A DNA stretch of 64,000 nucleotides from Candidatus Saccharimonadota bacterium (GTDB lineage Bacteria; Patescibacteriota; Saccharimonadia; Saccharimonadales; UBA4665): contig DAHUYJ010000002.1 of NCBI GenBank assembly GCA_027315225.1, forward strand, positions 23,889 to 87,888. Reading direction: 5' to 3'. Positions 45,913-56,469 of the stretch are shown here, in pieces. Position numbers and translations under genes: made by a program. Position 1 is the first letter of the stretch, and the number at the start of each line of letters is the position of its first letter. The notes under the pieces were generated by a model, which ran no database searches, had not been told where the DNA came from, and saw only the letters and a program-made list of their open reading frames with translations.

Positions 45913-46621
45913 ATAGAACCTCTTCCAGCTCTCGGCCGGCGCGGGCGACGAGCGTCATGACGTCGCGGTAACTTTGGCGGGTTGGGCCAAGCGTACCTAT
46001 ATAGCTCCGGTCAGAAAACGGGCTGTGAAAACGGCTGATAATTAGGCTGACGCCGGCGGTGCGGCCGATAGGGTTCTCGCTGCCGATATACACGCTCAGC
46101 GGCTTATTTGGCGCCGCCTCACGCAGCCACGGCTCCAGGTTATCCAGCAGGCGGGCGACCTGTTGGACTTGCTCTCCGTTAATAAATTCCGGCTGGCCGA
46201 ACAGGTTGCTCAAACCGCTCATATACAGCTGGTTGCCGATGGTCGCCAGGCCGAGGTTATGGGTTAGCTCCACGAGGGTATCAACAGCGTTACGGATCAT
46301 GCGTTCCGGGGCACCGGCGTGTTGTACGCGGGCAGCCAGGGCTTTTTCGGCCCGCCCTTCCAAGACAGGCGCTGTTTCACTTTCGTTGGTTTCAACCAGG
46401 TTGTTGACGTACAGCCGATATCCTTTATCAGTTGGTACCCTGCCTGCGCTGGTATGCGGCTGCATTATGTAGCCAAGGTGTTCAAGCTCCGCCATTTCGG
46501 CCCGGATAGTCGCCGAGCTCACGTCGAAGAGCTTGGCCAGCAGCGTACTGCCGACCGGGCTTGCCACCTCGGCGTATTGCTCAATTATGGCGCTTAAAAT
46601 TTTCTGCTGGCGATCTGTCAT
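45905..46621 (-). CDS. hrcA: Heat-inducible repressor HrcA (short form, 238 aa)
   Basis: N-terminal wHTH RQQKILSAIIEQYAEVASPVGS...SSATIRAEMAELE. ATG 46621 is preferred over the TTG at 46636. Confidence 0.85.
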   Translation of the reverse strand: MTDRQQKILSAIIEQYAEVASPVGSTLLAKLFDVSSATIRAEMAELEHLGYIMQPHTSAGRVPTDKGYRLYVNNLVETNESETAPVLEGRAEKALAARVQHAGAPERMIRNAVDTLVELTHNLGLATIGNQLYMSGLSNLFGQPEFINGEQVQQVARLLDNLEPWLREAAPNKPLSVYIGSENPIGRTAGVSLIISRFHSPFSDRSYIGTLGPTRQSYRDVMTLVARAGRELEEVLYA

Positions 46622-46665
46622 TACGAATATTCCCAAATTGTCACTTGTCTGGCATTATATAACCT

Positions 46666-46692
46666 TTAGCACTCAGCAGTCAAGAGTGCCAA
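46666..46692 (-). promoter_or_regulatory. CIRCE operator overlapping the hrcA operon promoter
   Basis: TTAGCACTC-N9-GAGTGCCAA. On the minus strand TTGACT sits in the spacer, followed about 18 nt later by TATAAT (46653-46658). Confidence 0.85.
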
Positions 46693-46701
46693 GAGGCATG
46701 C

Positions 46702-47709
46702 CTATATATAATTTTCTTCGTGGAAGACTTCTGACACCGATCCTTCAGTGACTATTTCGTAAAGGGTGCGGGCAACTATGTCCGCAACCGTTACTACATG
46801 CAGGGCGTCCCCCAGTTCGGCTTTTGGCCTGTCCACTGGGATAGTATCGGTTACGATAGTCTGGCTAATGGGCGAGTCCTTGATGCGATCTACCGCGGGG
46901 CCGGAAAACCAAGCATGTGTTGCTGCAACAAGGACATCAGCCGCGCCCGAGGTGTGCACCGACTGCGCCGCGGACGTAATCGTGCCGGCAGTATCGATCA
47001 TGTCGTCAAATATAAGACACGTTTTACCCTCGACTCCCTCGACGTGCGAGTCATGACTGACTTTGGTCGGGTCGCTCGGATCTCTCATTTTGTCCAGGTG
47101 AAGTACTGCTACCCCAAGTTTCTTAGCGTGCTCTTGTGATATCTTGGAATGGCCAACGTCTGGCGATACCACCACGTAGTCCTGTATGTCGCCTGTCATC
47201 TTCCTTTTCATCGCAGCCCTTAGCAGCGGCTGGGCGGTTATGTGATCAAACGGCTTGTCAAAAATCGCCTGGGTTTGAGGCGCGTGCAGGTCAACCGTTA
47301 CTATCCGTGAGGCTCCTGCCATTTCAAGCATCTTTATATTTAGCGCTGCCGAAATCGACTCCCGGCCTTTGGCCTTCCTGTCTTGCCGCGTTCCGGCTAG
47401 ATTAGGGGAAACGGCCGTTATCTGGCTGGCTGATGCCAGCTTGGCAGCATAGATCATTTCCAGGTGTTGGTGCAGCGAGTCACTGACTGAGCGGCCCTCG
47501 TTTGGCGCGTGAGGCTGCATGATAATGACGTGTTTTCCTCTTATTGACTCGTCATATCTGGCATAAAGCTCAGTGTTGGGGTGGGTCCGAAGGGTGATTT
47601 TTCCCAATTCCAAGCCCATTCTCTTAGCTATATCAGCGGAAAGCTGCGGGTGGGTTTCGCCGCCTACCAAAACCAGCTTATTTTTCTGCCGAGGTGATAA
47701 TGCCTTCAT
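46702..47709 (-). CDS. prs: Ribose-phosphate pyrophosphokinase
   Basis: PRPP synthetase pattern: GGETHPQL, the HAPQ flag region and the PRPP-binding loop IFDDMIDTAGT. Confidence 0.9.
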   Translation of the reverse strand: MKALSPRQKNKLVLVGGETHPQLSADIAKRMGLELGKITLRTHPNTELYARYDESIRGKHVIIMQPHAPNEGRSVSDSLHQHLEMIYAAKLASASQITAVSPNLAGTRQDRKAKGRESISAALNIKMLEMAGASRIVTVDLHAPQTQAIFDKPFDHITAQPLLRAAMKRKMTGDIQDYVVVSPDVGHSKISQEHAKKLGVAVLHLDKMRDPSDPTKVSHDSHVEGVEGKTCLIFDDMIDTAGTITSAAQSVHTSGAADVLVAATHAWFSGPAVDRIKDSPISQTIVTDTIPVDRPKAELGDALHVVTVADIVARTLYEIVTEGSVSEVFHEENYI

Positions 47710-47832
47710 TGTGAAAACCCCACCCCTAAAACTTGCCTTCTTAGAATCCTTAGTAGCTATTCAAAAACAATTTAACACAAAAATGCAGACTTGTCTAGTG
47801 ACTACAGGGGCACTGGAATACTGGGCCGGCCG

Positions 47833-48567
47833 CTATTCGGAAACCTCAACAGCACCAAGATGCTCCTGGATGTCGGCGGCCAGCTGTCTGGCAACTTCGC
47901 GGGCAGCGGAATCATCAACCTCTTTGTGCTCTTTGGACTGAGTAATCGCCTGGACCGCTTGGAAGGTTTCATCCAGGTCATCGTTGATAATTGCTATGTA
48001 GTAGTTGGTGTTAAGGAGCTGCTCGATCTCCTCCAGCGCGGTCTGCATACGGCGGTGGGTATCGGCGGCGTCAACCACGTCCCCGTAACGACGGCGCAAG
48101 CGCGCTTGCCAGGTTTTGAAGTTTGGCGGCAAAAGAAAGATTGCCTTTGCGCCGGGATCAAGCGCTTTGTACTCTGCCACGCCCTGTACTTCTATGTCAG
48201 TCATGGCGATTTTGCCGTCTTCGTGCGCAGTCCTGATCTCGGCCTCGCTGGTGCCGTAGAGGTTGCCGCTGTAGATTTTGGCTTCCACAAAAGCCTGGTC
48301 ATCAAGCATTCGCTCGGCCGCAACCTTATCGATAAAGTGGTATTCGCGGCCATCCTGCTCGGCAACGCCCTGGTTAATGCGCGGCGGCCGGGTGGTGTGC
48401 GAAATGATGTGATGATACCCGCCGGTTTTCATGAGCTTTTCTTTTAGAGAGTCCTTGCCGGCGCCAGTCGGCCCCACCAGCAGCAATATCGGGGTCTTCT
48501 TGATCAATTCTGTCGTTGCGACACTCGGTTGGTAGGTGGCCAGCTTATCGGCAAGGGATGAATTCAT
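47833..48567 (-). CDS. gmk: Guanylate kinase with C-terminal extension
   Basis: P-loop GPTGAGKDS, SHTTRPPR, EYHF, and E.A...GNLYGTS. Confidence 0.8.
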   Translation of the reverse strand: MNSSLADKLATYQPSVATTELIKKTPILLLVGPTGAGKDSLKEKLMKTGGYHHIISHTTRPPRINQGVAEQDGREYHFIDKVAAERMLDDQAFVEAKIYSGNLYGTSEAEIRTAHEDGKIAMTDIEVQGVAEYKALDPGAKAIFLLPPNFKTWQARLRRRYGDVVDAADTHRRMQTALEEIEQLLNTNYYIAIINDDLDETFQAVQAITQSKEHKEVDDSAAREVARQLAADIQEHLGAVEVSE

Positions 48568-48638
48568 TGGGTTTATTTATAGCAAATAGGGGTTCAAAGA
48601 CCAAACTTCATGGCTCTTATGGTAGCCGTGCCAGGTGC

Positions 48639-50417
48639 TTAGTCTTTTTTAAGCATGACGGTGAACGCCTCCGATGGAATATCAACTTTGCCGAAACGCT
48701 TGAGGCGTTTTTTGCCCTTGGCTTGTTTGGCCAACACTTTCTTTTTACGGGAAACATCACCTCCGTAGAGACCGGTCGTTACATCCTTGCGGTAAGCGCT
48801 GATGTTCTCCCGCGCAATGAACTTGCCGCCGATAGCCGCCTGCAGCGCGACCTGAAAGTTTTGGCGCGGAATAACGTCCTTGAGCTTGGCAACGACACTG
48901 TGGCCCAGGGTGTCAGCCTCGCTGCGATGGACCATCACGCTCAGCGCGTCGACACGCTCGCCGGCGACATAAAAGTCCAGTTTGACCAGGTCGCCTGCCC
49001 GGTAGTCATCGAGTTCATAGTTAAACGAGCCGTAGCCGCTGGTCAGGCTCTTGAGCTGGTCATAAAAATCAGTCAGCAGATTGGCAAGCGGCGCCTCGAA
49101 GCTGATCAGCGCCCGTTTATCAACGTAAGAAATATTCTTCTGCAAGCCCCGTTTGCCGGAGATCAGCTGGATTATCGGGCCGACGTACTCCTGCGGCGCG
49201 ACAACTTCGCCTTTGATCCACGGTTCGCGGATCTCCTTGATGCCGGCGGGGTCAGGCAGATCCGTTGCGCTCTTAATATCCAGCACCCGGCCGTCTATTA
49301 GCGCAATTTGATAATCGGTTGAGGGGTTAGTGACGACTAGGTCAAGATCGTATTCTCTCTCCAGGCGTTCACGGACAATGTCCATATGCAACAGGCCCAA
49401 GAACCCGACGCGCACCCCAAACCCCAGTACCGGCGAGTTTTCCGGCGTGAATTGCAGGGCCGAGTCGCTGAGGCTCAACTTTTCTATCGCATCTTTGAGC
49501 TCCTGATAGAACTCGTTGCTTTCCGGAAAGAAACCGGCGTACACAAAAGGTTGAACGTTGCGGTATCCGGGCAACGGCTCAGAGGCCGGTTGGCTCGACA
49601 GCGTAACAGTATCCCCGACTTTGGCCTGGTGCGTGGTTTTGAGGTTGGTGACTATATAGCCGATCTCACCGGCTTCCAGTCCCGAACCGGGCGTCATGCC
49701 GGGATTAAGCGCGCCGACTTCCAGAACCAGGCCGGACGCCTTGGCAGCCATCATGGTGATGCCGGCGTTCTTCCCAATCTTGCCGTCAAAGACGCGCACG
49801 TAAAGAATCACCCCGCGATAATCGTCGTAATAACTGTCAAAAATAAGCGCCCTGGTCTCCGGCGCTTGTGAGCTGCGGGGGGCCGGCACGTGCTTAACCA
49901 ACGCATCCAGAACCTCGTCAACGCCCTGCCCGGTCTTGGCCGAAATGTGCAGGATATCCTCCGGCTTGCAGCCCAGAAGACTAACTATTTCGGCGCTGAC
50001 GCTTTCGGTATCAGCGGCCGGCAGGTCGATCTTGTTCAAAACAGGGATAATTGTCAGCTCCGCAGCAATAGCCAGGTAGACGTTAGCCAGCGTCTGGGCC
50101 TGGATGCCTTGTGTCGCGTCCACCACCAGCAGGGCTCCTTCGCAGGCCTGCAGGCTGCGCGAAACTTCATAGCTGAAGTCCACGTGGCCCGGCGTATCAA
50201 TCAGGTTCAGCTCATAATCTTTGTATGACATCCGTACTGGAGCCAACTTGATGGTGATGCCCTTTTCCCGCTCCAGGTCCATTTTATCGAGCAGCTGCGC
50301 TTTCATGTCGCGCTTTTCGACCGTACCGGTCAACTCCAGCAACCGGTCAGCCAGCGTGGACTTACCGTGGTCGATGTGGGCGATAATACAAAAATTCCTG
50401 ATCTGCTGCTGGTTCAC
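48639..50417 (-). CDS. lepA: Elongation factor 4 (LepA)
   Basis: IRNFCIIAHIDHGKSTLADR, DTPGHVDF, NKIDL and the LepA-specific C-terminal domain. Confidence 0.97.
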   Translation of the reverse strand: MNQQQIRNFCIIAHIDHGKSTLADRLLELTGTVEKRDMKAQLLDKMDLEREKGITIKLAPVRMSYKDYELNLIDTPGHVDFSYEVSRSLQACEGALLVVDATQGIQAQTLANVYLAIAAELTIIPVLNKIDLPAADTESVSAEIVSLLGCKPEDILHISAKTGQGVDEVLDALVKHVPAPRSSQAPETRALIFDSYYDDYRGVILYVRVFDGKIGKNAGITMMAAKASGLVLEVGALNPGMTPGSGLEAGEIGYIVTNLKTTHQAKVGDTVTLSSQPASEPLPGYRNVQPFVYAGFFPESNEFYQELKDAIEKLSLSDSALQFTPENSPVLGFGVRVGFLGLLHMDIVRERLEREYDLDLVVTNPSTDYQIALIDGRVLDIKSATDLPDPAGIKEIREPWIKGEVVAPQEYVGPIIQLISGKRGLQKNISYVDKRALISFEAPLANLLTDFYDQLKSLTSGYGSFNYELDDYRAGDLVKLDFYVAGERVDALSVMVHRSEADTLGHSVVAKLKDVIPRQNFQVALQAAIGGKFIARENISAYRKDVTTGLYGGDVSRKKKVLAKQAKGKKRLKRFGKVDIPSEAFTVMLKKD

Positions 50418-50483
50418 GTAAGAGATATTATAACAGAGGTGGGCTAAAAGGTTGAGGCATTAGGTTTACATGGTGGACGCGGA

Positions 50484-51263
50484 TCAATTATCGCGTTTGC
50501 GGCCAACGCATTCCATCAAACTGCTGTAACGATTGGATGTGATGATCAAGTGGTCAAGCAGCTCGATGCCAAGCACCTTGCCAGCTTGTATCAGTTGATC
50601 AGTTACCTCAAGGTCGGCCATGGTTGCCTCCAGCCGTCCGGAAGGATGATTGTGTGCCAGAATGACCGCCACGGCGCCGCGTTCAATCGCCGGACGGAAG
50701 ACTTCGCGCGGATGCACAATGTTAGCAGTCAGGCTGCCGACGGAAATGACTTCATCATGGATAACCTGGTAGCGGCTATTAAGGTACAGGCCGCGAAGCT
50801 GCTCCTTTTGGCTAGAGCCCATGTCCTTAAAGTAACGGTGTGCCTGTTTGGCATTGCGCACTTGTGCTGGGCGACCTGCCTGGGTAGCATAAAAACGCCG
50901 TCCTAGCTCAAACCCGGCGACTATCTGGCAGGCCTTAGTGATCGGAATGTTGGCTGTGTCAGCCAGACGCCGGGGGTCTGACTCGTTACTGACCGCCTTC
51001 TCGCCATATTCTTTAAGCGTGCGTCGGGCCATCGCCAGAACGTCTTCTCTTGTCGTGCCAACGCCCCAGAGGATAGCAACCAGTTCGGCAACCGATAGGC
51101 TGCCTGGACCGGTATCCAGCAGACGCTCGCGCGGGCGGTCCGCATCAGGCATATCCCTAACCCGCAAAACATAATCAGGCCGGGAATCGTCGGTAAATAC
51201 TAAATCCCGATCTCTCAGCCGGTACGAGCCTACGGTACGAGGCGGGGCCAAAACGTCTGACAT
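50484..51263 (-). CDS. radC: RadC-family JAB/MPN domain protein
   Basis: HhH-like N-terminal region and the JAMM motif ILAHNHPSG...D. Confidence 0.85.
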   Translation of the reverse strand: MSDVLAPPRTVGSYRLRDRDLVFTDDSRPDYVLRVRDMPDADRPRERLLDTGPGSLSVAELVAILWGVGTTREDVLAMARRTLKEYGEKAVSNESDPRRLADTANIPITKACQIVAGFELGRRFYATQAGRPAQVRNAKQAHRYFKDMGSSQKEQLRGLYLNSRYQVIHDEVISVGSLTANIVHPREVFRPAIERGAVAVILAHNHPSGRLEATMADLEVTDQLIQAGKVLGIELLDHLIITSNRYSSLMECVGRKRDN

Positions 51264-51341
51264 GCTTCAATTATATCGCGCCGACCAAAAAATAATATTA
51301 AAAACTTCTTAACTACTACAAAATTACAGCTTTTACGGCCG

Positions 51342-52952
51342 CTAAAAGTCCAATCTGACCGGCTTCAGGATAAGTTTGCGCAGGCGGTTGAAGACCGGGC
51401 GCGCTTCTTCCAGCCCGAAGAGTGCCGAAACAGCCAGGTGCACTCCGAAGACTACTATAGTTATAAACCCCAGTTTGCTGCCAAGCGTCAAAACTCCGCG
51501 GTCATTAATGCCCAGCGGGTACAATGAAATCATGATGAAACCGGCTACCACGCTGAAACCAGAGACTGAAATTATCCGCCAAACGCCACCCCAGAACTTG
51601 GCATCAAAAAGTTTATGGTCCCGCCTGAGCATAATGCCGGACAGTATAAATACTTCGACCATGGCAACGATAGATTGGGCAAGTGCCAAGCCGGCCACGC
51701 CGTAGCCTTCAGGAGCCGGCCGCGCCAGCGTAATAGCCAAAAAAATGTTGAGCGCGATCGTGAAGATCGATACGAAGAGCGGCGTTTTGGTGTCTTTCTG
51801 GGCATAGAACCAGCGTGAAATAATAGCGTATTGGATACGGAAAAAGATAGCCAGCGTCAAAAAGCCGAAGATCGTAGCGATTTGCGGACTGCCGTTGGAA
51901 TAAATCAAGCGCGCCAAGTACCCCCGGGCAAAATAACAAACCACCACAATTGGGGCGGCTATCCAAATCATGGCCCTGAGTACAGTCAAGAAGTCCCTGC
52001 GAAACAGGTCAGGCCGGTTTTGGCTCAGCCTGGTGTTCAGGCGTGGAAAAGCAGCCGTTGAAATAGCTGTGCCAATCAGCAGAATCGGCGCCGTGCTGAG
52101 AATGAAGGCATTATTATAAAACGTGATGGCACCAGTGCCCAGGCCGCTGGCAATATGCGTCTCGACAATGCTTTCAACCTGGTCAACTCCCTGGTCCAGC
52201 GAACGCGGCGGGAGATTGCGCAGCACGGTATGGAAGTCCGAGCTCTTCCAGATGATCCGCGGCCGCCAATGAAAGCTCGTCTTCCATAAGCCGATAATGA
52301 CAATAAGCAGCTGGAGTACGCCCCCAATCAGTGCGCCTATGCCCAAGCCCACCAGACCGATGTTGTTCTTGAAGACAAAGATACTGACAATGATTGAGGC
52401 GTTGTAAAACAAGGGCGCGATCGCGTAAAAGAAGAAGCGGCCCATGGTCTGCTGCACGCTTGTAAGAATGCCCGAAATAGTAAACAGCAGGGGATTAAGC
52501 GCCAGGAAACGCATAATCGTGGCTGCCGTGTTGAGCTGCGCCGGCGATAGGCCGGGTGCCACGACATGACTGATAAGCGGTTTGGCAAACAGCAATATTA
52601 TAACTGCCACGACGGCCATGATAATAGTCAACAGGTTCATGAGCGATGCCGATAAGTCCCATATGCCCTTGCGGTCGCCTTTGACAAAGCGGTCCGCCAG
52701 CACCGGCATAAAGGCTACGCCGAGCGCGCCTGCAGCCAATGTGAAGAAGAAGAAGTCAGGAATATTGAAGGCTGCAAAGTACGCATCTGTGCTATGCGGC
52801 CCGACTGTCGGGAAATTGGCGTTAACCAGCTTGGTGCGCAAAAATCCCAATAATTGGCCGGTAAACGACATGGCCACCAGCAATGCGGCAACATTACCGA
52901 TGCTAAGTCGCGGTTTCTTTTTGGTTGGCGGAGAAGGAGCAGTAGGACTCAT
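51342..52952 (-). CDS. murJ: Lipid II flippase MurJ (MviN family)
   Basis: 14-TM MOP-superfamily pattern with N-terminal GQLLGFLR...VGP...DAYFAAFNIPDF. Confidence 0.85.
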   Translation of the reverse strand: MSPTAPSPPTKKKPRLSIGNVAALLVAMSFTGQLLGFLRTKLVNANFPTVGPHSTDAYFAAFNIPDFFFFTLAAGALGVAFMPVLADRFVKGDRKGIWDLSASLMNLLTIIMAVVAVIILLFAKPLISHVVAPGLSPAQLNTAATIMRFLALNPLLFTISGILTSVQQTMGRFFFYAIAPLFYNASIIVSIFVFKNNIGLVGLGIGALIGGVLQLLIVIIGLWKTSFHWRPRIIWKSSDFHTVLRNLPPRSLDQGVDQVESIVETHIASGLGTGAITFYNNAFILSTAPILLIGTAISTAAFPRLNTRLSQNRPDLFRRDFLTVLRAMIWIAAPIVVVCYFARGYLARLIYSNGSPQIATIFGFLTLAIFFRIQYAIISRWFYAQKDTKTPLFVSIFTIALNIFLAITLARPAPEGYGVAGLALAQSIVAMVEVFILSGIMLRRDHKLFDAKFWGGVWRIISVSGFSVVAGFIMISLYPLGINDRGVLTLGSKLGFITIVVFGVHLAVSALFGLEEARPVFNRLRKLILKPVRLDF

Positions 52953-53032
52953 GCAGTATTCATACTTCGTTCAAAAGCTACCCTACAGTATAAAGCAGGA
53001 GCCCCATGTATCCCAGTAGATTTGCTCCTTTT

Positions 53033-54898
53033 TTAGTACAAAGCTGCTGCTTCGGGGAACTTGGCACCTTTAAGGGCTTCTACGACTTCGTCAGCATCGA
53101 CGGTTTCTTTTTCGATCAGGCGGTCTTTGAGGTTTTCTAGCTTGCTGAGATTTGCCTTGATGATGATACGGGCCCGGTGGGCGGCCTCATTAATCAGGCT
53201 TTCTACCTCATCGTCAATAACCTTGGCGGTTTGGTCAGAATATTCACGTTCGTGCACCAAGCGGTCGAGCATCATGCCATCGTCGACATGGAAGACCTGG
53301 TCACGTAGCTTTTTGCCCATTCCCTGGTTAACAACCATGTCACGCGCCAGCTCGGCGGCATTTTGCAAATCGTTACTGGCCCCAGTAGTAATGCGGTCTC
53401 GGCCCAGTATGATTTCTTCCGCGACGCGGCCGCCCAGACCCCGGGCCAGCATGTCCTTGAATTGTATCAACGAAACGAAGACGCGGTCTTCCGGCGGGAT
53501 AAACCAGGTTACACCTCCCGCGCCGCCGCGCGGAATAATAGTAACTTTGTGTACGGGGTCGCTGTCCGGCAGAACGTGGCCGACAAGTGCGTGGCCGGCC
53601 TCGTGGTAGGCGGTTGTAACTTTGTCAGCCTCTGTCATGATCTTGCTCTTTCGCTCCGGGCCTATAGCAACGCGTTCGAAGGCTTCAGTCACGTCTTTTT
53701 CACTTATTTCGCTGTGCGAATTCCTGGCAGCGACAATGGCGGCCTCGTTGGCAATGTTAGCCAGGTCGGCGCCCGAGCTGCCGGCAGCCTTGGCTGCCAA
53801 TGTATCAAGGTCAACGTTCTTGGCCAGCGGCTTCTTGGCGAAGTGGACCTTCAGGATAGCTTCCCGGTCCTTGCGGTCCGGAAGACCGATGTTGACGCGG
53901 CGGTCGAACCGACCGGGACGGAGCAATGCCGGATCAAGAACATCGGCCCGGTTGGTAGCTGCCAAGACGATAACGTTCTGTCCCTGCTCAAAGCCGTCCA
54001 TCTCAACCAGGATCTGGTTCAGGGTTTGCTCGCGTTCGTCATGGCCGCCGCCCATGCCACTGCCGCGTCGGCGCCCGACGGCATCGATTTCATCGACAAA
54101 GATAATGCACGGGGAGTTCTTCTTGGCCTTGGCGAACAGGTCACGAACCCGCGAGGCGCCGACGCCTACAAACATTTCGACGAATTCCGAACCGGAGATG
54201 CTGAAGAACGGGACGTTGGCTTCGCCTGCTACGGCCCGGGCCAGCAAGGTCTTACCTGTTCCTGGAGGACCTACCAACAAGACGCCCTTCGGGATACGTG
54301 CCCCCATACCAGCGAATTTCTTGGGAAATTTGAGAAACTCGACGACTTCTTCAAGATCCTGCTTGGCTTCCGCGCTGCCCGCGATGTCCTTAAAAAGCGC
54401 TTTGTCCTTCTCATTACCGTACAGCCGGGCCCGGCTTTTACCAAAACTCAGCGCCTGGTTACCCTGTCCCTGGGCACTTCGCAGCATGAAGTACAGCAGA
54501 CCGGCAATAATTAGCACCGGAATTATTGAACCTGCCAGATTGAGCAGGGTCGAGCTGCTACTGCTGGTCGGCTTATAGGTTATGGATACTTTGTCGGTAT
54601 TAAAACCCTGTTGCTTGAGGCTGGAGTTACTGTCTACGTACGTCTTAAGCGTGGGGTGGCTTTTCCCCTTGGGCGTAATATCCAGTTCGTTATTAGTAAC
54701 GGTAATGGAACTGTAATCGCCGGCGTTCGTGTCATGGATAGCGGTGGTCGCCGGAATCTCTTTCAGTGAGCTAGGCTGGTTAAAGGCCGCGACAAGGATA
54801 AGGCCGAACAATATCAGCAGCGCCACGAAGCCAAAATTCTTCATGTTGCGGCGGTTGTTGCCCCCTGAGCGATTAGAACGATGTGGTCTCTTATCCAT
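53033..54898 (-). CDS. ftsH: ATP-dependent zinc metalloprotease FtsH
   Basis: Two TMs, AAA Walker [12 protein letters not shown] region and the zinc site HEAGHA. Confidence 0.97.
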   Translation of the reverse strand: MDKRPHRSNRSGGNNRRNMKNFGFVALLILFGLILVAAFNQPSSLKEIPATTAIHDTNAGDYSSITVTNNELDITPKGKSHPTLKTYVDSNSSLKQQGFNTDKVSITYKPTSSSSSTLLNLAGSIIPVLIIAGLLYFMLRSAQGQGNQALSFGKSRARLYGNEKDKALFKDIAGSAEAKQDLEEVVEFLKFPKKFAGMGARIPKGVLLVGPPGTGKTLLARAVAGEANVPFFSISGSEFVEMFVGVGASRVRDLFAKAKKNSPCIIFVDEIDAVGRRRGSGMGGGHDEREQTLNQILVEMDGFEQGQNVIVLAATNRADVLDPALLRPGRFDRRVNIGLPDRKDREAILKVHFAKKPLAKNVDLDTLAAKAAGSSGADLANIANEAAIVAARNSHSEISEKDVTEAFERVAIGPERKSKIMTEADKVTTAYHEAGHALVGHVLPDSDPVHKVTIIPRGGAGGVTWFIPPEDRVFVSLIQFKDMLARGLGGRVAEEIILGRDRITTGASNDLQNAAELARDMVVNQGMGKKLRDQVFHVDDGMMLDRLVHEREYSDQTAKVIDDEVESLINEAAHRARIIIKANLSKLENLKDRLIEKETVDADEVVEALKGAKFPEAAALY

Positions 54899-54937
54899 AT
54901 TGTAGGTTTTTATTATACTCCGGCGAAAACGTTTTGC

Positions 54938-55825
54938 CTAGCGCTCTGGTACTTCGAGTGCCAAGTTATCTGTTTGGACCCTCATATAAGCCCCTGACAG
55001 GACCGGAAAAACTTTGCCGGGAGCCGCCGTTTTGCCGGCGACAACCAGCCGCTCCAGGGTTTTTTTATCGAATTCGCGCAGCTTATGTGCCCGCAACCAG
55101 GCAGCTATCACTTCCCGGGCTACGGTGTGAGGCAGCTGGCTGAACCATTGGCGGTTCAGCACACCTTCCACTTGAGGCTTCAACAACTCTTCCAGCGCGG
55201 CGTCCAGTTTTTCGTTTGTCGCGGCCATATCAGTCAGGATACCAAGCATCCGTTCCCTGTCGGCGCGGCCGAACCGCGGCAGCAGCTTATGCCGTACGTA
55301 GTTGCGCAAATAGTCAATGTTCTCGTTGGTGGGGTCTTCGCTCCATGACAAATCATTATCTTTGGCGTAAGCCCGAAGCCGGGCTTTGGGGACATCAAGC
55401 AGCGGCCGGGCTACGCCCGGGCGGCTTTTGAGCGCCGTGAGCCCTTTGCGCCCGGTGCCCCGCAACAGATTTATGATGGCCGTCTCAAGCACGTCATCCT
55501 GGTGATGCGCCGTGATAATAGCCGGGGCTTTTTGTTGTTCCCGGACTCTACGCAAAAAGTCATAGCGGGCTGTCCTGGCCGTGGCCTCGCTGGCGCCAGG
55601 CCCCAGGCGGGCTTCTTCGTAGACAAACGGCAGGCCGTATTTTTTCGCCACAGCCTGTACCAGCTTGCGGTCCTTGGACGAGTCCGGACGGATGCCATGG
55701 TCAAGGTGCGCCACCACCAGGTCCAAGCCCTTTCGCCGGGATACCATATGCAGTAGAGCCATGGAGTCAACGCCGCCACTGACGGCAACCACGTACTTCC
55801 CTGCTTTTGGCAATTCTACATCCAT
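54938..55825 (-). CDS. tilS: tRNA(Ile)-lysidine synthase TilS
   Basis: PP-loop VAVSGGVDSMAL. Start placed at ATG 55825 (MDVELPKAG...), because the longer ORF would overlap rdgB. Confidence 0.85.
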   Translation of the reverse strand: MDVELPKAGKYVVAVSGGVDSMALLHMVSRRKGLDLVVAHLDHGIRPDSSKDRKLVQAVAKKYGLPFVYEEARLGPGASEATARTARYDFLRRVREQQKAPAIITAHHQDDVLETAIINLLRGTGRKGLTALKSRPGVARPLLDVPKARLRAYAKDNDLSWSEDPTNENIDYLRNYVRHKLLPRFGRADRERMLGILTDMAATNEKLDAALEELLKPQVEGVLNRQWFSQLPHTVAREVIAAWLRAHKLREFDKKTLERLVVAGKTAAPGKVFPVLSGAYMRVQTDNLALEVPER

Positions 55826-55844
55826 ATGTCTTACTATTGTAGCA

Positions 55845-56396
55845 ATGGCCCGCTTTACGTTCGTCACCAGCAACAGCCACAAGATCCTGACTGCCAGGAC
55901 AGTTTGCGAGCCGCTTGGCATGACGTTCCGGCACAAGCATATGGATCTTGTCGAGATCCAAGCCGATGGAGAAGCCATCGCCCTGGATAAGGCCCGGCAA
56001 GCCTACGAGGCGCTTCGTGAACCCGTTGTAATCACTGATGACAGCTGGATTATACACGGGCTCAACGGCTTTCCCGGTCCGTACATGAAGTACGTGAACC
56101 AATGGTTCGAGCCCGAAGATTTTGTGCGCCTGACCAGGCATCTCGATGACCGGCGCATGACCATGCGGCAGATTATTGCGTATAAAGACACTGACGTTGA
56201 GAAACTGTTTGTCGCCGACATTGACGGCGTACTGCTCAAGGGGCCCCGCGGCAAGTCAGTCATCCCTCATTTTGCCGTGGTCTCGTTCGACGGCGGCAAG
56301 CACAGTGTGGCCGAGGAAGAGGACGGCGGCAAGCGTTCAGCGGTCGCCGCCCGCACTAACGCCTGGCACGAACTCTGCGAATGGCTCGCCGAGTAG
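55845..56396 (+). CDS. rdgB: Non-canonical purine NTP pyrophosphatase (RdgB/HAM1/ITPase family)
   Basis: FVTSNSHK, EIQ and ITDDSWIIHGLNGFPGPYMKY motifs. Start at ATG 55845. Confidence 0.82.
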   Translation: MARFTFVTSNSHKILTARTVCEPLGMTFRHKHMDLVEIQADGEAIALDKARQAYEALREPVVITDDSWIIHGLNGFPGPYMKYVNQWFEPEDFVRLTRHLDDRRMTMRQIIAYKDTDVEKLFVADIDGVLLKGPRGKSVIPHFAVVSFDGGKHSVAEEEDGGKRSAVAARTNAWHELCEWLAE

Positions 56397-56469
56397 CTAG
56401 CCAACAGATACGAATCATGCTATATTACACTTTGTCTATCGGCATGCAAACGTAGGTTTGTGTCATTAC

